DNA of 64,000 nt from an uncultured Chloroflexia bacterium (GTDB lineage Bacteria; Chloroflexota; Dehalococcoidia; DSTF01; JALHUB01), in contig CAVSBT010000030.1 of assembly GCA_963726245.1 (NCBI GenBank), positions 96,001 to 160,000 of the forward strand. The letters run 5' to 3'. This document shows, one piece after another, positions 1 through 8,612 of this stretch. How positions within the stretch are numbered: the stretch's first letter is position 1; each line of letters begins with the position of its first letter. Both the position numbers and the translations under genes were made by a program. The notes under the pieces are model-generated. The model did no database searches, was not told the origin of the DNA, and saw only the letters and a program-made list of their open reading frames with translations.

Positions 1-381
1 CCCGATGTAGTCGAGAGACGTGGTTATCGCCTCGAGGCGCGGGTCGTTGGCCTGGGCTGAGATAACCAAGAACTTGAGGTCGATGGGGTCATCTGTGGGA
101 GCACTCGCGCTAACGCTCTCAATCGCGTCAGCCACAGGTCTGGTGCCCTGTCCGCTTGCCACGCCCGCCACGCTATTAGCGGGCTGACTCACATACTCGA
201 ACGGCCTCACGACGCCAAGGCCCGGACCCAGGGTCGGGCCCACCGGCGGAGCCGCGTGCTGCCACTGTGGTTGCCCATCGGCGGGGGCAGGAGAGCCCGC
301 GTTGCTGGGCAACTGCGAGAGCTGGGAGGCTCCGAAGGCGAGAATGGCGATCAGGACGGAGAACCGGACGATCCTACTCAT
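1..381 (-). CDS. 5' part of a secreted protein, possibly Agd3-like polysaccharide deacetylase (runs off window)
   Basis: Manual translation from ATG 381: MSRIVRFSVLIAILAFGASQL...DDPIDLKFLVISAQANDPRLEAITTSLDYIG, with a signal peptide and open to position 1. The Agd3 resemblance is recalled, not searched. Confidence 0.6.
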   Translation of the reverse strand, partial: MSRIVRFSVLIAILAFGASQLSQLPSNAGSPAPADGQPQWQHAAPPVGPTLGPGLGVVRPFEYVSQPANSVAGVASGQGTRPVADAIESVSASAPTDDPIDLKFLVISAQANDPRLEAITTSLDYIG

Positions 382-543
382 GGCTGCCTGGCCTCGAAGT
401 CAGTCACGCCGTGCCCAACTTCGACCGGACACGTCCGGCCCCGCCTGTGTTGGGGATTCGGGATGCTGGAGCACACCGGCCCAAAGCAATCACCATCCAC
501 TTCTCGCTGCGGGTGTGGGCCTCTGTCCCTGATGTGTGGCATT

Positions 544-948
544 TCAGTCGTCCAGTATTCCCTGCATTAGGCCGTCGAGATCGAGATGTCGCAGCCACCG
601 CCAACGGTCGAACAATATCCCGGAGCCGGCCAGCGTGATCGCCAGGACGCGGATTCGGGGATCACCCTCAGTTGCGCGGAGAAGGAAAGAGAGGGTCCCC
701 CGGTCCAAACTGATTCGCGCCTCCGTCTCGACGACCAACACAACCTTGTCGGCACTGAAGTCATCAATGAGTCGTAGGCCATTCTCTCCACTGCGTGTGC
801 TCTCAACGCTAGCAATGCCCGGGTGCCTCACCATCAATCCAGTGACGATGTCACGGAACAGGCGATGTTTGTACAACACCACGACGCCCGTTCGGCGCCC
901 CCGGCGGTCGCGCGTCCCTGCCCCCATCTCCAGTTGGCCGACCTGCAT
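544..948 (-). CDS. degenerate receiver-like domain protein
   Basis: VVVLYKHRLFRDIVTGLM..HPGI resembles a NarL-type REC N-terminus lacking the acidic pocket; lies downstream of a response regulator. Confidence 0.5.
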   Translation of the reverse strand: MQVGQLEMGAGTRDRRGRRTGVVVLYKHRLFRDIVTGLMVRHPGIASVESTRSGENGLRLIDDFSADKVVLVVETEARISLDRGTLSFLLRATEGDPRIRVLAITLAGSGILFDRWRWLRHLDLDGLMQGILDD

Positions 949-1161
949 CGCGTCCCTCGGGGACGAGTGTACCCAAGGTCAGCGTCCGGACGCATCGCCT
1001 GACCCGTCAGAGAAGAAAAACCACATCGCCATTCTTGGAGTGGCCATGTGGTTGCAGCGCAGTGGATTGATGGGTCGGGACAGTCGCCAGATGACCCAGT
1101 CCCTAGGACAGCGGCGTGCCGAGTGGACTATTCCAATGGGCCTACCTGCGGCGGGTCGGCC

Positions 1162-1842
1162 TCACCCCCCAGAGGGAGGAACTACCCCATGCCGATAGGC
1201 CACAGTCGCGGCCTGCACTCTATTCGAAGTGTTCAGCTTGCGCATGATGGAGCGGAGATGGGCTCGAATCGTTCCTTGTGAAAGATAGAGCTTATCCGCA
1301 ATGGCCCTGTTGGTTTGTCCTAGTGCCACATGCTCGAGGATCTGACGCTCACGCTCTGTGAGCGAGGCCAGAGCAGGGCTGAAGCCGGGATCGGGGTCTA
1401 CGCCAGAGGTCAGATTCGAAATGAGCCGCTTGATGATACGTCTAGAGATGAAGGTCTCGTTCCTTGCCACCTCCAACACACCATTGACGAGCTCTGCTGC
1501 ATCGGCCGTTCGGTCAAGCAATCCCCGGATACCTGACCGGAGCGCGCTCACTATCACTTGCTCTGGGGCATCAACGGATAGGATTACAAGCTTTGGCTCG
1601 TCGACCGCCGTCCTCAAGAGACTTAGGAGCTCGATGCCAATCGAATCGTCAAGCCACGCATCCGCCAGGATAACGTCAGGCTGGGATCGGTGTGCCTTCT
1701 CCACGGCCTCGTCGTAGCTGGCGGCTTGCTCCACGACGCCAATTCGCTCATGTTCACGCAGAATGGCAAGAATGCCCTCACGCAAGAGTGCGTGGTCGTC
1801 GACCACGAGAACTCCAATGCGCTTTTCGCCGTCAGGCGTTAC
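1162..1842 (-). CDS. NarL/LuxR-family response regulator
   Basis: VLVVDDHALLREG receiver plus LTERERQILEHVALGQTNRAIA...SNRVQA LuxR HTH; start codon uncertain. Confidence 0.92.
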   Translation of the reverse strand, partial: VTPDGEKRIGVLVVDDHALLREGILAILREHERIGVVEQAASYDEAVEKAHRSQPDVILADAWLDDSIGIELLSLLRTAVDEPKLVILSVDAPEQVIVSALRSGIRGLLDRTADAAELVNGVLEVARNETFISRRIIKRLISNLTSGVDPDPGFSPALASLTERERQILEHVALGQTNRAIADKLYLSQGTIRAHLRSIMRKLNTSNRVQAATVAYRHGVVPPSGG

Positions 1843-1984
1843 TTGAGATTCCTTCCGCAACAACAAGCTCCCTGAAGACGATCGTCGAACACGACGTCTT
1901 TTGCCTTGTCGTGCGAACCTGCGACGTGGATCTCTGGAAGAAGTTCTCGGGATCCGTCGTGTCGCAGCCCGCCACGCCAATCCA

Positions 1985-2138
1985 CTCCGACGAGAGCTCG
2001 CTGCTTGAGAAGGAAGGACTGCGGGTGCCCGCCACCAGCAACCGAGACGCTCTTGTAAGGTCTATTAACATAATACGGCCGTTCTGTCAACTCGTCTGTT
2101 GGGTCGCAGGTAGAGTGTCCTAGTTACGTCGCAGCTAG
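1985..2138 (-). promoter_or_regulatory. duplicated promoter/leader element, copy 1
   Basis: Aligns with 13447-13602; TTGACA-N17-TAATAG on minus strand; hairpin GCGG-GCAC-CCGC. Confidence 0.7.
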
Positions 2139-2720
2139 GGTACTCTGAGCCCGCCGGCAAGTTTGTACCTGGGTGCCTGCGGGCATGACCGTCTGTTGCC
2201 CCGAACGGGAGCACGCGAGGCAGTATCTGAGAGCAAGGGCACCCTCCCGGCCGTCACACTGCAGAGAGAGAGGTGAGGGTTATGGAGGTCGTGCACGAGC
2301 GCTGCTGTGGGCTCGACGTGCACAAGAAGACGGTGGTGGCCTGCCTGCTCACGCAGGGGCCGGGCGCGAGGTCCATCTGGGAGGTCCGCACCTTCGGCAC
2401 CACCCAGGAGTTGCTGGCGCTCAGGGACCGGTTAGGCGCGGCCGGATGTAGCCACGTGGCAATGGAGAGCACTGGCTCGTATTGGAAGCCCGTGTACAAC
2501 ATCCTCGAGGGCGCCTTCGACCTGTTGGTGGTGAACGCCCAGCACCTGAAGGCCGTGCCTGGGCGCAAAACGGACGTGGGCGACGCCGAGTGGATTCCCC
2601 GATCTGCTGCGCCATGGCCTGCTCCGTCCCAGCTTCATCCCCTCCCGGCCGGAGCGCGAACTGCGTGAGTTCAGCCGCTACCGCACCGCCCTGATCCGGG
2701 AACGAACTGCTGATATCAAC
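2139..2720 (+). mobile_element. IS110-family element remnant (non-coding left end plus truncated, frameshifted transposase from 2273)
   Basis: DEDD motifs GLDVHKKT, MESTGSYWKP, GRKTDVGDAEWI; homology ends near 2720, C-terminal domain absent. Confidence 0.9.
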
Positions 2721-2834
2721 TCAGTGGCCACGACAAGTGCGATCCCGGCAGGTCCTCGCGCTGGTCGTGCCTGGTAGCGACATGCGCCAGTCGAATTGAC
2801 TATTATGGTAATATGTGGCGGAGGTTTGCAGAAA

Positions 2835-4011
2835 GTGACCTCGGCACGGGCTGTCTTCCATGTTCAGATGATCTCACTGGTGGCAGGGCTCCTGATCCTC
2901 GGAACGCTGGTCATGGGCAATACGTGTGATCCGGCGCCGGCGGCTCCAATGCCGACAGGTACGCGCACGACCGTAGCAATCGCTAGCAATCGTCTAGCCG
3001 CCGCGGCGACTTCTACCCGCACGCCAACGCGAACGCGGACTCCCACCCGCACGCCAACGCGAACGGCCACCGCCACCGCAACGCCGACGCCCACGGCTAC
3101 AGGAACCGCCGGCGGGGTTTGGAGGCCCGCGCAGGCCACCACCTGGCAGTGGCAGCTTACCAGCGACCTTGATCTCTCTGTCGATGCCGCAGATGTGGGA
3201 CATCGACCTCTTCGACAACAGCGCAAGCGTCGTCGCCACCCTACATGGCCAGGGGCGCAAGGTGATCTGCTACATGAGCGCCGGGTCATGGGAGGACTGG
3301 CGACCCGATTCCAGCGACTTCCCTGAATCAGTCTTGGGCAACTACCTTGAGGGCTACGACGACGAGCGGTGGCTCGACATTAGGCAACTGGACGTGCTCG
3401 GCCCGATCATGGGAGCGCGGCTCGACCTCTGCCGCGATAAGGGCTTCGACGGCGTCGAGTTCGACAACATAGACGGCTATAGCAACAGCACTGGCTTCCC
3501 GCTGCGTGCGGCCGATCAGGTCGCCTACAACACGTGGCTTGCGAACGCCGCCCATGAACGGGGCCTGTCGGCGGGGTTCAAGAACGACCTCGACCAGGTC
3601 ACTGATCTCGAGCCGTCCTTTGACTTTGCCATAGTAGAGGAATGCTTCCAGTACGATGAGTGTGATTTGGCCCTCCCCTTCATCGAGGCAGGCAAGGCTG
3701 TGTTTGAGGTCGAGTACAGCGGAACCCTCGAGAGCTTCTGCCCTCAGGCGAACGCTATGGGCTTCATGTCGATGAAGAAGCATCAGAGCCTGGACGCCTG
3801 GCGCCAGCCCTGCACCTCATCCACCGAATCTACCGTTGGCGGCGTCGCAGAGCTTCCAGACCTTGCTGGAGCCTCGGTAGGGGAGGCGGGTGCGCCTGCC
3901 GAGGGCGCTGGTTGGTCGGCTGGCGCCTACGCCGCCCTCGGTGGCGCATCGGCGGCAGTTGTAGTCTGCATCACCTCCGCCTGGTACGCCAGAAGGCGGT
4001 GGCTCAGTTAG
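2835..4011 (+). CDS. GH114 endo-alpha-1,4-polygalactosaminidase-like protein with T/P linker and C-terminal TM sorting tail (1 frameshift near 3188)
   Basis: WQWQL, ICYMSAGSWEDWRPD, GFDGVEFDNIDGY, FKNDL, VEECFQYDEC; GGAGG RBS before GTG 2835. Confidence 0.88.
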
Positions 4012-4488
4012 GCACCCACACAACGGCCTCGCCCTGGGGCTTGCTGGGGTCTGTGCCGGTCGCGGCTGCCGGAATCGAGGGGTTCTCCATGCGTGAGATC
4101 GACGCGACGCGGCCGCTCACTACTCCAGCGGGTGCTGCAGTCCCGATACGCCGACCTGCTCACAGTCCGGCAGTCCCACGAAATGGCTCACAGCCGGGAC
4201 GTCGGCGAAGACCGACGCTGCTTGTGGCAGTGACTCCACTTGAGGTCCGTCGAATTGAACACCAGCCACCCAGATCGAGACGGGCAACGCCGCCCATCAT
4301 CCCGGGGCTGTCAGTGGAATGCCCTTCGGACCTGGCGTGGCGACCCAGAAGCATTGAAGAGCCAGTCCTCGCTTGCTCAGAAGCTGGCGCGGATGAATGC
4401 TGCGTTCTGCAGACTTGACCGTCAAGACTCGATTTGATATCCGAGGGCCTCAACCATCGGGCGCGCTCGAGATCAAGCCCTGTCTCAA

Positions 4489-5250
4489 GTGACCTCCTAC
4501 GCCGTGTACTACGGCGCTGGGCGGACCAGCGAGCTCAAGCGGTTTGGCCTCGCCATTGTTCGTAGTGAGAGCTATGGGCATGACGAGATAGCCTGGCTTC
4601 GGCTCCACGATACGCTGGTCCTAGCGTACGTGTCGATTGGGGAGGACCCGCAGTGGCGGAGCGGCGCTTCTTGGTACAGGACTGACCCTTCAACAGGCCA
4701 GCCCCTGCGGAACGAAAAGTGGGGCACCTACTATGTGGACATCCGGGACCTTGCCTGGCAGGAGCAGTTCCTGTTCGGGGAAGTCTGCGACGCGCTTGAC
4801 AAAGGGTTCGATGGTCTCTTCCTAGATACGGTGGACCCCTGCGTCGATGTCCCATATTTGGCCGAGGCGGTTCCTTCGCTGATCGGCACCGTTAGGCAGA
4901 GGCTAGGTCGGCGCCTCCTCGTCCTGAACCGGGGTTTCGGTGTCCTTGACACCATCCTTCCTTTCATTGATGGGGTGGTCTTCGAGGCCTTCTCGTCTCG
5001 ACCTGTGGGCGATTGCTATGAGCGCTGGGAGGGCACGGATTTAGCGTGGACGGAGGTCATGGCGCGGCGGCTCCAGGCCCTCCAACGGGCTCGCAGCCTG
5101 GCAGTCTTCACGGTGGATTACGCCGACATGCGAGACACACGTTTGGTCCAGACGTTGGTGCAACGGGCCCGCAGCTTCGGGTTCGTGCCTTACGTCTCCA
5201 CGGCCAAACTGGATCAACTCTATCTTCTGCCTCAGACCCCCGGCAGCTAG
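4489..5250 (+). CDS. PelA-like (GH166/GH114-clan) glycoside hydrolase
   Basis: YAVYYG, AYVSIGE, GFDGLFLDTVD, NRGF, VDY, GFVPYVS motifs. Confidence 0.8.
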   Translation: MTSYAVYYGAGRTSELKRFGLAIVRSESYGHDEIAWLRLHDTLVLAYVSIGEDPQWRSGASWYRTDPSTGQPLRNEKWGTYYVDIRDLAWQEQFLFGEVCDALDKGFDGLFLDTVDPCVDVPYLAEAVPSLIGTVRQRLGRRLLVLNRGFGVLDTILPFIDGVVFEAFSSRPVGDCYERWEGTDLAWTEVMARRLQALQRARSLAVFTVDYADMRDTRLVQTLVQRARSFGFVPYVSTAKLDQLYLLPQTPGS

Positions 5251-5709
5251 CCAGGGACGCAGCGCCGTCGTTCAGCATGTAGCGAGGTGGGACGGAGCGG
5301 CGTGGCGGGGGGCCCACGGGGGTGGCCTGTTCGCTTCGCCAATCTGGGCCGACTTGGTGGAGCACGACACGCACTCCACCCCGCCTACTCTACGACACGC
5401 ATTCATCACTCGCGCCCCTTCCCGGTCATGGCCCAAACACCGGGTTTAGACTAGCGCCCTCAAGGCGCAGTGAGCTGAGCTGCGTCCGCTGCCGGATGAC
5501 TGGGTTACTTTCAGGCTCGCCCTCCCGCGGGCACCGGCTAGTGAATACCGGAGACCTAAGGGGGCGTCCGTAATGCCGGACCCAGATGGAGGTCCTACAG
5601 GGCGTTCGAGCTCTAGGCCATGTATGTGCCCCCTCAGCGGCGCAAGCTAGGGCAGTCTCCCTGCGGCCGCTACCGAAAGGCCGCATCGATGCTGGTCTGC
5701 TGTTGGCGT

Positions 5710-7365
5710 TTAGTTCCAACAGGGCTGGCGCGGGGCGTCCAGGTCCAGATTCTTCTTCATCGACATGAAGCCCATAGCGTTCGCCTGAGGGCAGAAGCTC
5801 TCGAGGGTTCCGCTGTACTCGACCTCAAACACAGCCTTGCCTGCCTCGATGAAGGGGAGGGCCAAATCACACTCATCGTACTGGAAGCATTCCTCTACTA
5901 TGGCAAAGTCAAAGGGCGGTTCTAGGTCCGAAGCCTGGTCCAGATCGTTCTTGAACCCCGCCGACAGGCCCCGCTCATGGGCGGCGTTCGCCAGCCATGT
6001 GTTGTAGGCGACCTGGTCGGCAGCACGCAGGGGAAAGCCGGTGCTGTTGCTATAGCCGTCGATGTTGTCGAACTCGACGCCGTCGAAGCCCTTACTCTTA
6101 CAGAGGTCGAGGCGCGCCCCCATGATCGGTCCGAGGACGCTGGTCTGTCTGATGTCGAGCCAGTTTTCCCCCGGCCAGCCATTGCTGTTCCCCTTCACCG
6201 CTGCCGGGAAGGCCCCCGCGTCAGGCCGCCAGTCCTCCCATGACCCGGCGCTCATATAGCAGATCACCTTGCGCCCCTGGGCATGTAGGGTGGCGACGAC
6301 GCTTGCGCTGTTGTCGAAGAGGTCGATGTCCCACATCTGGGCATCGACAGAGAGATCAAGGTCGCTGGTAAGCTGCCACTGCCAGGTGGTGTTCTGCGCG
6401 GGCCTCCAAACCCCGCCGGCGGTTGGCGTATTCGTTGGTGTCGCGGTGGCGGTGGCCGTTCGCGTTGCCGTGCGGGTCGGAGTCGCGGTGGCAGTTGGAC
6501 TACCAGTAGCGGTTGCCGCCGCCGTAGGCGTCGCGGTGGCGGTGGCCGTTCGCGTTGCCGTGGGGATCGGAGTCGCCGTGGCAGTTGGACTACGAGTGGC
6601 CGTTGCCGCGGTCGTAGGTGTCGCGGTGGCGGTGGCCGTTCGCGTTGCCGTGCGGGTCGGAGTCGCGGTGGCAGTTGGACTACCAGTAGCGGTTGCCGCC
6701 GCCGTAGGCGTCGCGGTGGCGGTGGCCGTTCGCGTTGCCGTGGGGATCGGAGTCGCCGTGGCAGTTGGACTACGAGTGGCCGTTGCCGCGGTCGTAGGCG
6801 TCGCGGTGGCGGTGGCCGTTCGCGTTGCCGTGCGGGTCGGAGTCGCGGTGGCAGTTGGACTACCAGTAGCGGTTGCCGCCGCCGTAGGCGTCGCGGTGGC
6901 GGTGGCCGTTCGCGTTGCCGTGGGGATCGGAGTCGCCGTGGTAGGTCTAGGACGCAGAAACCTGAACTTCGCTGTCGCCTTCTGGCGACCGAAATCCGTC
7001 TTGATGACAGCCTCCACGTCGTGAAGTCCGGCCTTATCCTCTGGTACTACGAACATCGCCCGAAAGGTACCCCCAGGGCCAACCTCAAACTCGGGCATGT
7101 TCTTCGCGGATCCGTCCCACTTCAGGAAGCCTTCACCTGCGGGGAACCTGGTGCCGGTGACGGTAACCCTCGTTCCCGGCGGCCCGGATGCAGGATGGAG
7201 GCTAATCCTCGGTGTGGCCCGAGCCCCGGCGGTCTCTGGGTCTTCGACCAAAATCGCGCCTGCCGCGACGAGCGCCAGCAGAGCCAGGGCGGATATGACG
7301 GTTAGCGAGCCGATGGGGCGGTGTGCCCCGAGGATGCGACCCTGGTCGTCGGTCTTCTTCCTCAT
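5710..7365 (-). CDS. secreted GH114 protein with Ig-like domain and long T/A/P repeat linker
   Basis: AAGGAGG RBS before ATG 7365; signal/TM segment; PASGPPGTRVTVTG Ig-like motif; GH114 motifs as in 2835-4011. Confidence 0.9.
   Translation of the reverse strand: MRKKTDDQGRILGAHRPIGSLTVISALALLALVAAGAILVEDPETAGARATPRISLHPASGPPGTRVTVTGTRFPAGEGFLKWDGSAKNMPEFEVGPGGTFRAMFVVPEDKAGLHDVEAVIKTDFGRQKATAKFRFLRPRPTTATPIPTATRTATATATPTAAATATGSPTATATPTRTATRTATATATPTTAATATRSPTATATPIPTATRTATATATPTAAATATGSPTATATPTRTATRTATATATPTTAATATRSPTATATPIPTATRTATATATPTAAATATGSPTATATPTRTATRTATATATPTNTPTAGGVWRPAQNTTWQWQLTSDLDLSVDAQMWDIDLFDNSASVVATLHAQGRKVICYMSAGSWEDWRPDAGAFPAAVKGNSNGWPGENWLDIRQTSVLGPIMGARLDLCKSKGFDGVEFDNIDGYSNSTGFPLRAADQVAYNTWLANAAHERGLSAGFKNDLDQASDLEPPFDFAIVEECFQYDECDLALPFIEAGKAVFEVEYSGTLESFCPQANAMGFMSMKKNLDLDAPRQPCWN
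6436..6945. repeat. coding tandem repeat: alternating 90-bp A/B units (180-bp period)
   Basis: Lines starting 6481, 6661 and 6841 are identical; encodes 30-aa T/A/P units. Confidence 0.95.
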
Positions 7366-7484
7366 TGTCTGTCCTCCTTGACATGCCACCATTCGATCGG
7401 AGGCCAGACGGTTTGGGCACAAAGAACCGCCTGACGACCTTGCGGCTGCCAGGCGATCCATGTCTCGTCGAGGCATTCTTTGGA

Positions 7485-7560
7485 GCCCGGCAGCCCTGCT
7501 GACTCTCGCGAGTCCCGTGGCTTTGCGTCCCCGCCTCACGACGGGTTTGCCTTTATCGAG
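7485..7560 (-). ncRNA. c-di-GMP-I (GEMM) riboswitch
   Basis: Minus strand AAAGGCAAACCCGTCGTGAGGCGGGGACGCAAAGCCACGGGACTCGCGAGAGTCAGCAGGGCTGCCG matches the GGCAAACC...GGGACGCAAAGC...GCTGCCG consensus; lies 5' of the GH114 gene. Confidence 0.88.
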
Positions 7561-8006
7561 CTGGCCCTGGGTCAGTCAGACCAGCCACTCTGGAGGCCTT
7601 ACCTACTACCAATCGGCCGATTCTCCAGTTTCTGAACAACGTATCGCCATGGCGCCAACAAGCGCGTATCTGACAGACCGTGGATTCCACCATCACCCTT
7701 CTGGCCTATCCAGAGGGGCTCACGGTAGCCAGATCCGGCCAGCCAGGAATCTCCAGTAGTTGTCGGTCATAGCTCTGGACTCAACCAAGTTCTCGAGCGC
7801 GGCTATGCCATGCAGAAGTCGCCTCGGCGACCTAATCCGGATTCGGTTCTTGACCCTTTGGTGCCCCCAAAGGCCGCTATTCGGATCCCAGCCCCAGAGA
7901 CTGCCGTTGCATGTGATGTTGATAGCAAACAGAGGGGCTCGCGATGGAACCCCTCTGCGTGTCTACACTGCTTGCAGTCGGCTACATGGGCACTAGCTTC
8001 ACCCGC

Positions 8007-8315
8007 CTAGCAACGTCTCCCCAGTTGGCGAATCAGATGGTTCACGTAGTAGCGCGGATTCAGGCTTCCGCGCAGCAACGCAAGAATTTCGGCCGCAATA
8101 TCCGCAGGAGTCACCCGCCCATCACCGGTCACATCAGCGCAGGTGACACCCAGGGTCGATATCGCGTCGATGTTGGCGTGGCAGTCGCCGTCTCTATTGG
8201 CGACGGCGTGGCCGGTGTGGTGGGCCTTGGAGTAGGCGTCTCGGTCGGCGTAGAGGTCGCCGTCGCGGTGAGGACCGCTGGTGGCGGGCAACGTCGCTCG
8301 CTGCGTCGGGGCCAC
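8007..8315 (-). pseudogene. remnant of secreted protein: P/T linker plus dockerin/EF-hand-like repeat
   Basis: TATSTPTETPTP in one frame, CADVTGDGRVTPADI in the next. Confidence 0.45.
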
Positions 8316-8612
8316 GCATGATCCGTGATGGCACGAACTTCTAACGTTAGGATATCACTTCCTGGCGACGCCCGCTGCGAGTAACGCGCCTCTCCTGAGA
8401 CGCCGGGTCACGGTCGATAATGCTGGTGGGGCCGCCACTGGGGTCGTGGCAAGACGGTGACCTGTCCTGCCTGGCAACAGGCAGGTGCGGGCGGGGCCGC
8501 CTCGCTCGCCCTGTGGCGGCCCCGCGTACCTACGGGGGTGTTCGGCTGTTCTTGGTTCGCCCTGCTAGGGCGACTCTCAGGGCACAATGGGCAGCCCTTC
8601 CATTGCCCGGTG

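Noticed and set aside
2786-2813. TTATGGTAATA as a third Xer-like site
   Set aside because: No matching left arm; more simply part of the GH114 promoter.
3105-6423. GH114 repeat pair as a diversity-generating retroelement TR/VR
   Set aside because: No reverse transcriptase; differences are not adenine-specific; both copies are full coding domains.
6436-6945. Tandem repeats (also 12460-12765) as a CRISPR array
   Set aside because: No unique spacers; in-frame P/T linker coding; no cas genes in the window.
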